Part shown: positions 29,269-39,306 of the stretch, in pieces | Layout: the number at the start of each line of letters is the position of its first letter | How positions within the stretch are numbered: position 1 is the stretch's first letter | Origin: a virus | Direction: 5' to 3' (one strand) | IMG/VR virus record: IMGVR_UViG_3300009183_000050 | Coordinates: 76,866 to 140,865 of that record | DNA length: 64,000 nucleotides | Made by a program: the position numbers and the translations under genes | Notes under the pieces: generated by a model | The model's input: only the letters and a program-made list of their open reading frames with translations | What the model was told of the DNA's origin: nothing | Databases searched by the model: none

Positions 29269-29800
29269 AATGAATCCTGACTTTTTTGAAATTGATCGTT
29301 TGGTGCCTCTCGGTATGTGGCCTCGTTCAACTATGACTTCACGCGGTCTTATTCCATATGTTAATCGTATGGCTAGTCGTGAAGAGAAGATCAAGATTAC
29401 TGTTGTTGGTGACTTGAAAGGTGAATCTGTTGTAGACCTCTTAGAAAACTGCACTAAGATTTTCCGCATCTATGTTGTCAATGAATATGAAGATAATGAA
29501 GAAGGTCAAAAGCTGAAGAAGCTTTTTGATAAGAACATCGAGAAGCATAAAGATAAGATTAAGTTCATGTCAGATCGTCAGAGCAACTTCGTTTGTATTG
29601 AACGTGAATCTTGCACTCCAGAGAACCTTGAAAAATATTATGATCTGGTTCGGACCGGCGGCATCTTTGCTGGAAATGGTCATGAATATGTCGATGTGAA
29701 GGAATCTCTCGGTAAATTTCGTCGTGATGTTAAGATTGGAACGCCTGTTCTAATTTCTAATCGTGCAACTTGGTTTTGGTATAAAAGAGGTAAGTTATGA
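29261..29800 (+). CDS. Hypothetical protein (divergent methyltransferase-like)
   Basis: VVGDLKGES; YYDLVRTGGIFAG. Confidence 0.5.
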   Translation: MFEMNPDFFEIDRLVPLGMWPRSTMTSRGLIPYVNRMASREEKIKITVVGDLKGESVVDLLENCTKIFRIYVVNEYEDNEEGQKLKKLFDKNIEKHKDKIKFMSDRQSNFVCIERESCTPENLEKYYDLVRTGGIFAGNGHEYVDVKESLGKFRRDVKIGTPVLISNRATWFWYKRGKL

Positions 29801-30831
29801 AAACTGCATTAGTTCTCGGTGCTGGTGGATTCATCGGCAATCATATGGTTACACGACTTGAGGCTGAAGGCTATTGGGTTCGTGGTGTTGACTTGAAATA
29901 TCCTGAGCATGGAAAGACTCAGGCTTGCCATTTTGTCCTTCGTGATCTCCGTGATCGAGATGATGTGAGTCAGTTGATTGGCTATGCTGGCTGTAGACGT
30001 AATCCTTATGAAACCTATGCTAGACAGTTTGATAAACCGTTTGATGAAATCTACCAGTTCGCGGCTGATATGGGTGGTGCAGGTTATATCTTCACAGGTG
30101 AGCATGATGCTGATGTTATGCATAACTCGGCTACCATCAATCTGAACCTGTTGGATGCTGTGAGAGACTATCATTACCGGTATGCTGATAGTCAAAAACC
30201 TTTGATCTTCTATTCATCATCGGCTTGTATGTATCCGGAACACAATCAGTTAGACCCCGATAATCCTAACTGTGTTGAGTCTAGTGCATACCCTGCAAAC
30301 CCTGATAGTGAATATGGATGGGAGAAACTATTCAGTGAAAGACTTTATCTTGCCTATAATCGCAATTACAATATTCCTGTTCGCATCGCTCGGTTCCATA
30401 ACATCTATGGTCCAAAAGGAACTTGGGATGGAGGAAGAGAGAAAGCACCGGCAGCTATATGCCGTAAAGTGATTAATAGTGATGACACAATCGAAATCTG
30501 GGGTGACGGTAAGCAGACTCGCTCATTCCTCTATATTGATGATTGCATTGATGCTGTTCGTTTGCTTATGCAATCAGACTTCATGGGTCCTGTTAATATC
30601 GGTTCAGAAGAGATGGTAACAATCAACAAACTCGTTGAAGTTGCTTCTGAGATTGGTAACAAAGATTTGGCAAAAGTTTATGTTGATGGTCCTGTGGGTG
30701 TGCGCGGTCGTAACTCTGATAATCGGTTGATCGAAGAAAAACTTGGCTGGTCACCTAATCATTCTCTTCATGATGGTTTGACAGAAACATACCGCTGGAT
30801 AGAAGAGCAGATTAACGGAAAGAATAAGTGA
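29797..30831 (+). CDS. NAD-dependent sugar epimerase (GDP-mannose 3',5'-epimerase-like)
   Basis: GAGGFIG, AADMGGAGYI, YSSSACMYPE, YGWEK, GGREKAPAA.CRK, GVRGRNSDN. Confidence 0.9.
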   Translation: MKTALVLGAGGFIGNHMVTRLEAEGYWVRGVDLKYPEHGKTQACHFVLRDLRDRDDVSQLIGYAGCRRNPYETYARQFDKPFDEIYQFAADMGGAGYIFTGEHDADVMHNSATINLNLLDAVRDYHYRYADSQKPLIFYSSSACMYPEHNQLDPDNPNCVESSAYPANPDSEYGWEKLFSERLYLAYNRNYNIPVRIARFHNIYGPKGTWDGGREKAPAAICRKVINSDDTIEIWGDGKQTRSFLYIDDCIDAVRLLMQSDFMGPVNIGSEEMVTINKLVEVASEIGNKDLAKVYVDGPVGVRGRNSDNRLIEEKLGWSPNHSLHDGLTETYRWIEEQINGKNK

Positions 30832-31901
30832 TGCAAGTTGCTAGACCTGATCTACAGATGATGAAGTGGAATGTAAGTCTGCCTTTCAGTTACTTCAAAG
30901 GTCTATTGATGGTCAACCATCCTCCAGTCGAAGGTACCTATACCCTCGGCTGGGGTCAGGCCAATGATGTTGCAGATGAAAAACTACTGCAAAAGATGAC
31001 AGACTATGTTCTGAAGGATATCGATAAAGAACCATACTTTACTGATCTACTTGTTGATGATATGAAGGATGGTAATACAAACCGTATTCATGAGCATATG
31101 AAACATATGTTCAAAAGCCCAATCTTGAACGGCATCACGCAAGGTGAGTCTTATCATGATATGTTCGTTAAGAATGTTGATGATATTCAGAAGAATGCCG
31201 GCTTTGCTATCTATGATAAGTTGTTCACGCTGATGGAATCGGTCGGTTTGATTCCAGCTTTCTCACCCGAAGATTATGTTCAGAACAATAACTATCATCG
31301 TTTCTATATTATCCCTGTTGATATGTATATAGAGAAACTATCTAAGCATCTAGATGCGGATATCTCAGCACCAAAATACTCAGGCGATCTCTTTGGTATT
31401 CAAACAGAAAAGTATGGTCTCTATAGTGATCGAGACTTTATGTGTCTTGGTGTGGCCATTCGAATCGCTGAAAAGTATTGGAACAAGAAAGACATTAGCA
31501 TCATCGATATTGGTGGTGGTGTAGGTCATCTGTCCTATTACCTATATAAATTAGGATTCAAGAACATTACTACTGTTGATGTTCCTATGGTCAATGCATT
31601 CGCAATGCATTTCTTAGGTTCTAACTTGCCTAATCATGGCATCAAGTTCTTGTCGCCGCATGACTTTACAGGTGGCTATGATCTAGTGATCAATGTCGAT
31701 GGGTTGACTCAGATTGATAAAGACAAAGCTGAGTTCTACACGAATAGAATGCTCGAAGATAAAACCAAGCACTTCTACTCGGTCAATAGAGAGATTGATT
31801 CTTTTACTGTTGGTGAGATTTGCCCTCTCGCTAGAGTATCGAGGACTCCTTTCTGGCATAGAAGGGGTTATGTTGAAGAAGATTATTTTGGTGGGTTATA
31901 A
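30828..31901 (+). CDS. Putative sugar O-methyltransferase
   Basis: IIDIGGGVG SAM motif, YDLVIN. Confidence 0.65.
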   Translation: MMQVARPDLQMMKWNVSLPFSYFKGLLMVNHPPVEGTYTLGWGQANDVADEKLLQKMTDYVLKDIDKEPYFTDLLVDDMKDGNTNRIHEHMKHMFKSPILNGITQGESYHDMFVKNVDDIQKNAGFAIYDKLFTLMESVGLIPAFSPEDYVQNNNYHRFYIIPVDMYIEKLSKHLDADISAPKYSGDLFGIQTEKYGLYSDRDFMCLGVAIRIAEKYWNKKDISIIDIGGGVGHLSYYLYKLGFKNITTVDVPMVNAFAMHFLGSNLPNHGIKFLSPHDFTGGYDLVINVDGLTQIDKDKAEFYTNRMLEDKTKHFYSVNREIDSFTVGEICPLARVSRTPFWHRRGYVEEDYFGGL

Positions 31902-32788
31902 TGAAAACTTTGAAACTAGGATTCTGTGATACCTTCGGTGCAATCGAGAACTTCTTTACGAAAGTTCTTTCCGATAAATATCAAATCGTTCGTGATGATG
32001 AAAACCCTGACTATGTTATCTTTGGTGATAAGAACTTCGGTTCGAACAACATCAAGTATAACAATAGAAAGATCGTAAAGATTTTCTTTACTGGTGAAAA
32101 CGAGAGGCCGTGGAACTATGAATGTCATTACTCAATTTGCTTCGATCACGGAGATTGGAATGGACACAATTACCGACTGCCTCTTTATGTTGTTTATGAT
32201 TATGATAATCATTTTCGTGATGTGCCCAATACCTCAACGGTAGATCGGCAACCATCCGACCTGAATGAGAAGAAAGGTTTCTGTTCATTCGTCGTAAAGA
32301 ATGGTGCCTGCCAGAAGCGTAATGATTGGTTTCATAAGTTGAATGATCATAAAGGTGTTGCATCTGGCGGACCTCTCTTCAATAACATCGGTTACATCTT
32401 GCCTCGTGGTGAAGAGTCCGTTCAAGCTAAGTTGAAGTTCCTTGACTCATATAAGTTCAATCTATGTTTCGAAAACAATTCATTTCCAGGCTATGCTACA
32501 GAGAAACTGTATGAGGCTCTTTGTGCTAAGACCATTCCTATCTATTGGGGTTCACCAACAATCGACTGTGACTTCAATCCAAGAGCCTTCTTGAACTGGC
32601 ATGATTATGAAGATGATGATGCATTCTTTGAAGCTATCAAACAGATTGATGAAAATCCTGATCTATATGAAGAGATGTATCTGGCTCCAATGTTTGCGGA
32701 CTATCAGCGGTCAAACAAGTTTATGGACAAAGATCGTTTCTTGAGATGGTTTGATAAGAATGTTTATAAAGGTGAAATCAATGCATAA
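31901..32788 (+). CDS. GT10 alpha-1,3/4-fucosyltransferase-like protein
   Basis: FFTGEN, FCSFVV.N, KL.FL..YKFNLCFENNS.PGY.TEKL, IPIYWG. Confidence 0.9.
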   Translation: MKTLKLGFCDTFGAIENFFTKVLSDKYQIVRDDENPDYVIFGDKNFGSNNIKYNNRKIVKIFFTGENERPWNYECHYSICFDHGDWNGHNYRLPLYVVYDYDNHFRDVPNTSTVDRQPSDLNEKKGFCSFVVKNGACQKRNDWFHKLNDHKGVASGGPLFNNIGYILPRGEESVQAKLKFLDSYKFNLCFENNSFPGYATEKLYEALCAKTIPIYWGSPTIDCDFNPRAFLNWHDYEDDDAFFEAIKQIDENPDLYEEMYLAPMFADYQRSNKFMDKDRFLRWFDKNVYKGEINA

Positions 32789-33542
32789 GGCTCTAATCAT
32801 TACACCAACTGGTTGCCCCATGTTCTTCGATGATGAATATGATAAAGAGAACCACTGGCGCTTTAACAAACCAAATAGAAGCTATGAAGTTTGTGTGGTT
32901 GGTTTCAAAGAAGATTATGTTCCTGAAGAAGATTCATATGATCACTTCTTTCACTACCCTGTTCGATACAAGTGGAAACAACTGCCTGAGTTGTTAGACT
33001 TCTTGATCACTAAAGGTGTTGACTGGCGTAACTATGACTATATCGGTTACTGGGATGATGACTACTGCACAGACATTCGATCTGTGGAGAAGGCTCTTGA
33101 AGCGGCACGACACTTCGATATGCGGGTGTTACAACAATCTTTAAAATCTTGGACTGTCTATCCATGCCTTGAAAACAATCCTGCTTGGCTATTCTCCGAG
33201 ACTAACTTCACCGAAATGGGTGTTCCATTTTATCGTATGGATATTCTCAAAAAGGTCTTGACATTACTGGTCGATTATGTGTATAATGAGTCTGAGTGGG
33301 GCATAGACAAGGTATTGTGTTATTATCTTGGTCAAACCGCACATGTCATACACGACTCTTCTATCAAACATATGAGGAGAGAATCGTGGTATGATAAGAC
33401 GAATGCTTTCAAAGAAATGGACTACTTGATGAAAGAGTGGTTTCCAAAGTATATGAAAGAAAAGTTCGGTAGCGAATACATATATACAGATAAGCAAGAA
33501 ATTTTCAATGCTGCTGTTAGAAACGATGTAAAAGGTGAATAG
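32781..33542 (+). CDS. Putative glycosyltransferase (DUF707-like)
   Basis: YDYIGYWDDD, TNF.EM.VP.Y, WGID. Confidence 0.6.
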   Translation: MHKALIITPTGCPMFFDDEYDKENHWRFNKPNRSYEVCVVGFKEDYVPEEDSYDHFFHYPVRYKWKQLPELLDFLITKGVDWRNYDYIGYWDDDYCTDIRSVEKALEAARHFDMRVLQQSLKSWTVYPCLENNPAWLFSETNFTEMGVPFYRMDILKKVLTLLVDYVYNESEWGIDKVLCYYLGQTAHVIHDSSIKHMRRESWYDKTNAFKEMDYLMKEWFPKYMKEKFGSEYIYTDKQEIFNAAVRNDVKGE

Positions 33543-33543
33543 T

Positions 33544-34587
33544 ATGACTAAACGTGTTCTTATTACCGGTGGCGCAGGCTTCATCGGTCATCACATTATC
33601 GATCTCTTCTTGGAAAAGACTGATTGGGAGATCGTCTCTCTCGACCGGCTTGACTACTCAGGTAATCTCAATCGACTTCATAGTGTAGTTAGTAAGTATC
33701 CAGCTGAGACTCGTAAGCGGGTCAAGATCGTCTGGCATGACCTGAAGGCTGAGATCCAAGACCTCACACAGAATCTTATTGGTGATGCTAACATCATCTT
33801 GCATCTAGCCGCTTCATCACATGTTGATCGCTCTATCACATATCCGATGGAGTTTCTGATGGACAACACCGTTGGTACGGTGAACGTCCTTAACTTTGCT
33901 CGTAAGTTGAAAAACCTTGAGCGCCTCATCTACTTCTCTACCGATGAAATTTTCGGTATTGCGCCTAATGGAGTTGCCTATGCGGAACGTGATCGTTACA
34001 ATTCTACAAACCCTTACTCGGCTTCTAAAGCGGCCGCAGAAGAGTTCTGTGTCGCATACGAAAACACCTACAAACTCCCAATCTTCATCACTCATACTAT
34101 GAACGTATTTGGAGAGCGTCAGCATCCAGAGAAGTTCATTCCAATGAGCATTCGTAAAATTCGTGATGGTGAGACTATCGGTATTCATTCCGATCCATCT
34201 AAAACTATTCCAGGTTCTCGATTCTATATTCATGCTAAAGATGTGGCTGAAGCTATGTATTTCTTGCTACACTTGAATGAAGAACAGAAGAGAATAATCT
34301 ATACTCCTGATTACGGTGGTGCTAAATGCCCTAAGTTCAATGTTGTAGGTAAAGAAGAAATCAATAACCTTCAGCTTGTTCAGCATATCGCCGATGCTCA
34401 GGATAGAGAACTCAAGTATGAGATGATTGACTTCCATACTTCGAGACCTGGTCATGATCTTCGTTATGCCTTGTCTGGTGACTTCATGCGTGAACTTGGA
34501 TGGGAGCCTCGCTTCTCACTTCAAGATCGTATCGAAGAAGTTGTGGATTGGACTCTTGCTAACCCCGAATGGATTGAGGTGGCCTGA
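33544..34587 (+). CDS. NDP-sugar 4,6-dehydratase (RmlB-like)
   Basis: ITGGAGFIG, LAASSHVDRSI, STDE, NPYSASKA, HPEKFIP, RPGHDLRYA. Confidence 0.92.
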   Translation: MTKRVLITGGAGFIGHHIIDLFLEKTDWEIVSLDRLDYSGNLNRLHSVVSKYPAETRKRVKIVWHDLKAEIQDLTQNLIGDANIILHLAASSHVDRSITYPMEFLMDNTVGTVNVLNFARKLKNLERLIYFSTDEIFGIAPNGVAYAERDRYNSTNPYSASKAAAEEFCVAYENTYKLPIFITHTMNVFGERQHPEKFIPMSIRKIRDGETIGIHSDPSKTIPGSRFYIHAKDVAEAMYFLLHLNEEQKRIIYTPDYGGAKCPKFNVVGKEEINNLQLVQHIADAQDRELKYEMIDFHTSRPGHDLRYALSGDFMRELGWEPRFSLQDRIEEVVDWTLANPEWIEVA

Positions 34588-35243
34588 TGCTTAGAGTATG
34601 TTTCGATAACGCAGAACACTCGTCTGATAAATGGGAACCATATTTCGAGGTCTATGAACGACACTTGAATCAGTTCGTCGGTAAACCTATTAACTTCGTC
34701 GAAGTTGGTGTCCAAAAAGGTGGTTCACTCGATATGTGGAACCTCTACTTCGGCAATTCGGCTAACATTACGGGCATCGATGTTGATACTGAATGTGCAA
34801 AGCTAGAATACAAGTGGCCTAACACAAAGGTTCTCATCGGTGACCAAGGTGATCCTGCTTTTTGGGATAACTTCTTAGCCGAAAATCCTAAGATCGATGT
34901 GTTCGTTGATGATGGCGGCCATTATATGGATCAGCAGATTCTAACCTTCGAGAAGATTTTCCCTATTCTGCCTGTTGGTGGTGTGTTCATCTGTGAAGAT
35001 TGTCATACCAGCTACATGTCACACAATGGAGGTGGATTGAATCGTAAAGGTTCATTCATTGAATATGCGAAGCAATACATTGATGTTATTCATTGGGATT
35101 GGAAAGAAAGCTATAACACAGAACTAGAGCGGCTGTATAAGATCGGCAAAGACTTGACTAGTGTTCATTTCTATGATAGTATGGTTGTATTCGAAAAATT
35201 TGGTAAGAAGGATATGAAACGTGTCACACCAACAAACTTCTGA
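34587..35243 (+). CDS. Class I SAM-dependent (sugar O-)methyltransferase
   Basis: EVGVQKGGSL..W, IGDQ.D, DDGGH, GGVFICED. Confidence 0.85.
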   Translation: MLRVCFDNAEHSSDKWEPYFEVYERHLNQFVGKPINFVEVGVQKGGSLDMWNLYFGNSANITGIDVDTECAKLEYKWPNTKVLIGDQGDPAFWDNFLAENPKIDVFVDDGGHYMDQQILTFEKIFPILPVGGVFICEDCHTSYMSHNGGGLNRKGSFIEYAKQYIDVIHWDWKESYNTELERLYKIGKDLTSVHFYDSMVVFEKFGKKDMKRVTPTNF

Positions 35244-36453
35244 TGTAACACAATTAAATGAATGTGTGGCCTGCGGCTGTAGTAAACTCAAACTCGTTTT
35301 AGATTTGGGTAAGCAACCGCTGGCTAACTCTTTCAAACTGAAACAAGAAGATGTTCAAGAAGAATATCCTCTGGCTATCAATCGATGTGAAGAATGTTTT
35401 CATGTTCAGTTGACACACTCGGTTGATCCTAAGTTGATGTTTGAGGACTATCTGTATGTATCAGGTACAGCAAAGACTATGCATGAGCATTTCAAAGACT
35501 TTGCTTCAATGGTTAAGAAAGCTAGTTCATGGCCACATACACCAACAGTCCTTGATGTTGGATGTAATGACGGAACTCAGTTAGACTATTTCAAAGAGAT
35601 TGGATTTACAACCTATGGTGTTGATCCGGCCGCAAATCTTCATATTGAATCCTCTAAGAAACATACCATCTGGTGTGACTGGTTCAATAAAGATTTTGCT
35701 GATAAGTGTGATGTGAGTAGCTTTGATATTATTACAGCACAGAATGTCTTCGCTCATGGTTCTAATCCTCTAGAGTTTCTAAAGACAGCTAAAGAACTTT
35801 TGACTGATGATGGTGTTCTGTATATTCAGACCTCACAGGCCAACATGATCAAGAACAATGAGTTCGATACGATCTATCACGAACATATCAGCTTCTTCAA
35901 TACACTATCAATGATGAGGCTTTGTGTTCGTGCGGGTCTCTGCCTGTATGATGTAGAGTATATGCCTATTCATGGCACCAGCTATATCTTTAAGATTTCT
36001 AAGCAGTTTCGATCAGGTAATGTCTATAACAATATCTCTCAGGAAAATGCAGACGGTCTTTTCACTCCAGAGACCTATGTTAAGTATGCAAAACGCTGTG
36101 ATGAGATTATCGAAGCACTCAAATGGGAAATCTCAAACTATACTCGCAGTGAAGTAGGTTGGCTCGGTGTTGGATATGGTGCACCTGCAAAAGGTATGAC
36201 TTTGCTCAACTATTCTGGTTTGAAGTTGGATTTTATCATTGATGATAATCCGCTGAAACAAGGTCGCTTCACTCCAGGTTCCAGCATTCCAATCTATCCT
36301 GCATCTAAGCTGGATGAATATGAAGATGCTCTTTGTTTTGTTCCTCTTGCATGGAACTTCTTTGATGAGATCGTTGCCAAAATCAAGAAGCAGAGAAACA
36401 ATAAGTGGGACAGATTCATCACATACTTCCCGAAGGTGGAAACTAAAGAATGA
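35221..36453 (+). CDS. NDP-hexose C-methyltransferase
   Basis: Zn-binding CVAC...LDLG.QPLAN..C..C, DVGCNDG, FDTIYHEH, GYGAPAKG.TLLN, LAWNF..EI. Confidence 0.9.
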   Translation: MSHQQTSDVTQLNECVACGCSKLKLVLDLGKQPLANSFKLKQEDVQEEYPLAINRCEECFHVQLTHSVDPKLMFEDYLYVSGTAKTMHEHFKDFASMVKKASSWPHTPTVLDVGCNDGTQLDYFKEIGFTTYGVDPAANLHIESSKKHTIWCDWFNKDFADKCDVSSFDIITAQNVFAHGSNPLEFLKTAKELLTDDGVLYIQTSQANMIKNNEFDTIYHEHISFFNTLSMMRLCVRAGLCLYDVEYMPIHGTSYIFKISKQFRSGNVYNNISQENADGLFTPETYVKYAKRCDEIIEALKWEISNYTRSEVGWLGVGYGAPAKGMTLLNYSGLKLDFIIDDNPLKQGRFTPGSSIPIYPASKLDEYEDALCFVPLAWNFFDEIVAKIKKQRNNKWDRFITYFPKVETKE

Positions 36454-37175
36454 AAAAGGTACTCTACTATCATATCTTTTTGAATGATTATGGTACTTGG
36501 AGCCACATCTTCATGGAGCAATTCAAACTACTTGAAGATGTTGGCTTGCTTCACCAATTCGATGAAGTCAAAGTATCTGTGATCACTAATGATGAAGATA
36601 AGTTGAAATCATTCGTTAGATTAATCTCTACCTTCCGCAAGGTTGAACTCGATGTTTATATGAACAGCCCTGATGCTGAGAATGTAATGAGTCAAAGTAT
36701 GTGGAGAGATAGTCAGAATGAAGATTATCAGATGCTATATCTTCATTCAAAAGGTATCACGGCCACAGACAATCATTTGAAAAATGGTAATGCACAAATC
36801 TTTAAGAATTACTACTACTGGCGACAGTTCTTGAATTGGGGTGTTATCGAAAAGTGGAAAGACTGTGTTCTAGCTTTGTCGTCACATGATCTGGCTGGTG
36901 TGAACTACTTTGATAAACCATCGATGCATTTCAGTGGTAACTTCTGGTGGGCCAATTCATCATATGTAAGAACTCTACCTGATCCGTCTACTATTGAGTG
37001 GTGGCGTGAATTGCAAAAGAATACTGATGATGGCTGGTTGAGAACCGCACACGATAGGTTCAGAGATGAGATGTGGGTTTGCTCTAAGCCTGATGCTAAG
37101 ATTTACTCAACTAAGAATCTAGATGAGGTCACAAATCTCTCCGCAGAATTTCTACCTAGATCAAACTATGCCTAA
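36450..37175 (+). CDS. Putative glycosyltransferase-like protein
   Basis: LYLHSKG, WRQ.L, HFSGNFWWA.SSY. Confidence 0.6.
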   Translation: MKKVLYYHIFLNDYGTWSHIFMEQFKLLEDVGLLHQFDEVKVSVITNDEDKLKSFVRLISTFRKVELDVYMNSPDAENVMSQSMWRDSQNEDYQMLYLHSKGITATDNHLKNGNAQIFKNYYYWRQFLNWGVIEKWKDCVLALSSHDLAGVNYFDKPSMHFSGNFWWANSSYVRTLPDPSTIEWWRELQKNTDDGWLRTAHDRFRDEMWVCSKPDAKIYSTKNLDEVTNLSAEFLPRSNYA

Positions 37176-37338
37176 ATCGCCCTGTAGTAAGGTTTGTAGA
37201 TATGAAACTAATTCCCTTATCTGCATTGGTTGCGGTCGGTCAGCGGAAGAAATCACCGCCTGGTCTATCGCAACCAAAAAAAGAAAAACCGAAATCATCA
37301 AAGAAGCCAAAAAGAGATTGAGAAGTATTGACATTTGA
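37168..37338 (+). CDS. DUF1289 small Cys-rich protein
   Basis: SPC.KVC......CIGCGRS.EEI.AW. Confidence 0.85.
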   Translation: MPKSPCSKVCRYETNSLICIGCGRSAEEITAWSIATKKRKTEIIKEAKKRLRSIDI

Positions 37339-37386
37339 ACCTGAGCCTGATATAGTATCCATTATAAAGTCAATGAGGAACTGATC

Positions 37387-37632
37387 ATGCCGTATGTAGA
37401 AATGTATGTCGATGCTTCTGATTTCATCGGAGATATCTCCGATGAAGAATTGCTCATCGAAGTAAAAATCCGCGGTCTCAAAGTTTTAGATGGCGCCGAA
37501 CCTAATATGCGGGATGTTTTATGGCGATACAAAAATGGATATATAGAGGACACAGTGCATCTCTTGGTTCGAATGTATCCCGAGTTGTATGGTCTAGATA
37601 AGTATATCAATGGAGTTAAAAATGTTACCTGA
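37387..37632 (+). CDS. Hypothetical protein
   Basis: GAGGA RBS; upstream TTGACA-N17-TATAGT promoter. Confidence 0.65.
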   Translation: MPYVEMYVDASDFIGDISDEELLIEVKIRGLKVLDGAEPNMRDVLWRYKNGYIEDTVHLLVRMYPELYGLDKYINGVKNVT

Positions 37633-37897
37633 ATGGTTGAAAAGTATTTTCCGTGGTACTCGGAAAGAAGTTAAAGAGGCGGCAATCGAGAATGCTGATG
37701 CCGTAGCAAATACTGTAACAGCGGTAGCTAAGACTGCCATTGCGGCTGAAGCGGCTATTGTTAAAAATGCGGCACCTATCACATCATCTGTTGTTGATAC
37801 AGTTGAACAGGTAGCTGGTGATGCAGTCGAGAAGGTAGTTAAGAAGGCGGCTAAGAACGTTAAGAAGGCCGCATCTAAGAAAACACCTAAAGAATAA
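37622..37897 (+). CDS. Hypothetical Ala/Val/Lys-rich protein
   Basis: GGAG RBS; basic tail KKAAKNVKKAASKK. Confidence 0.65.
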   Translation: MLPEWLKSIFRGTRKEVKEAAIENADAVANTVTAVAKTAIAAEAAIVKNAAPITSSVVDTVEQVAGDAVEKVVKKAAKNVKKAASKKTPKE

Positions 37898-37904
37898 CTA
37901 ATTC

Positions 37905-37978
37905 GCGGGTTTCGTATAGTGGTAATACCTTAGCTTTCCAAGCTAAAGCGAAGAGTTCAATTCTCTTAGCCCGCTCCA
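37905..37978 (+). tRNA. tRNA-Gly(TCC)
   Basis: Cloverleaf; TTAGC-TTTCCAA-GCTAA; encoded CCA. Confidence 0.93.
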
Positions 37979-37996
37979 CTCACACAGGAGAACATC

Positions 37997-38281
37997 ATGC
38001 GTAAAGCATTGATTGCCGGAATAGCATTATTAAGTATGGTAACAGTGGTAGAAGCGCAACAAAGACACCAACATCATCACCATCATCGCGGTGGTGGAGG
38101 TGGTGGATGGGTCGCACCTCTCGTCGGAGGTATGGTCTTAGGTGGTGTTCTCTATGGTCTCTCACAAACCCCCTCATATGCGGCACCACACCCATATTAC
38201 CAACAACCAGTATCATGCTGGGAAGAGTTCGTTGGTTATAACAGATGGGGTAATCCTGTCTATCGTCGAGTCTGCCAGTAA
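37997..38281 (+). CDS. Secreted Gly/His-rich small protein
   Basis: Signal peptide; HHHHHRGGGGGGW; glycine-zipper segment; C-terminal Cys pair. Confidence 0.7.
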   Translation: MRKALIAGIALLSMVTVVEAQQRHQHHHHHRGGGGGGWVAPLVGGMVLGGVLYGLSQTPSYAAPHPYYQQPVSCWEEFVGYNRWGNPVYRRVCQ

Positions 38282-38297
38282 TCTATAGGATTTTATA

Positions 38298-38450
38298 ATG
38301 AATGAGTTGATTGAAAAAGTTGCAAGAACTATGGCTCTTGGTAACAATGGAGGCGGTTGGGCTACGCATTACACCGTAGAACAACAAAACTTGTGGCGTG
38401 AACGGGCAAAAGAAATTATTGAAATGGTGAAAGAAGGTCTTGTGAAATGA
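38298..38450 (+). CDS. Hypothetical 50-aa protein
   Basis: Not in the track; MNELIEKVARTMALGNNGGGWATHY...; ATGA-coupled to thyX. Confidence 0.6.
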   Translation: MNELIEKVARTMALGNNGGGWATHYTVEQQNLWRERAKEIIEMVKEGLVK

Positions 38451-39130
38451 CTAGTGCGGTTATCGTGGCTCTAACACAGCCTACTATCAATCAGACACAT
38501 CCGTTTGAAGCACCTATGACTGTTGATGAGTTCATCGCTTATGTTGCTCGTGTATCCAACCCATCTAATCAGACTAATACTTTGACTTCTCAGAAGTTGT
38601 TAAAGTATCTTGCTAAACATAAACATTGGTCTCCTTTTGAAATGGTTCATGTTGTTATGGAGATCAATACTACTCGTGATATCGCTCGACAGATATTGCG
38701 TCATCGTTCATTCACATTTCAGGAGTTTAGTCAACGCTATGCTGATCCTACACGAAGTCTTGGCTTTAGCCATCGAGAAACACGTTTGCAAGATACAAAG
38801 AATCGTCAGAACTCTATTGAGGCGGAAGACCGCGAACTGAAATCTATGTGGCTAGAGAAACAACAAGATATTATCCGAAGTGTGAAAGAAACTTACACTT
38901 GGGCCATAACAAATGGAATTGCGAAGGAACAGGCTCGTGCTATATTGCCTGAAGGTCTCACTAACAGTCGTATGTATATGGCTGGCTCTCTTCGGTCTTG
39001 GATACATTATTGTCAACTGAGAATGGGTATCGAAACTCAAAAAGAACATCGTGAGATTGCTACTGATGCTTGGTATCAACTTACATCGAAATTCCCTTCA
39101 CTGAAAGATTCACTTGATATTGGAGTTTGA
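38447..39130 (+). CDS. thyX: Flavin-dependent thymidylate synthase
   Basis: H.SPFE, RQILRHRSFTFQEFSQRY, KEQAR.ILP. Confidence 0.96.
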   Translation: MTSAVIVALTQPTINQTHPFEAPMTVDEFIAYVARVSNPSNQTNTLTSQKLLKYLAKHKHWSPFEMVHVVMEINTTRDIARQILRHRSFTFQEFSQRYADPTRSLGFSHRETRLQDTKNRQNSIEAEDRELKSMWLEKQQDIIRSVKETYTWAITNGIAKEQARAILPEGLTNSRMYMAGSLRSWIHYCQLRMGIETQKEHREIATDAWYQLTSKFPSLKDSLDIGV

Positions 39131-39132
39131 TT

Positions 39133-39306
39133 ATGTCTGAGACAAAAGAACCATACATCGAAATTATTGGTATGACAGAACTTGATGATGGCAGTGCAAT
39201 GGTTACATTTGAAATGGACCGTGAGACAACCATCACCTTTGCGAAGTTCGGTCTCTTACAAGCTCTTAGAGATGCGGCCAATAAGGTAAACGAAGATGAA
39301 GATTGA
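39133..39306 (+). CDS. Hypothetical 57-aa protein
   Basis: Not in the track; GGAG RBS; MSETKEPYIEIIGMTELDDGSAMV... Confidence 0.6.
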   Translation: MSETKEPYIEIIGMTELDDGSAMVTFEMDRETTITFAKFGLLQALRDAANKVNEDED

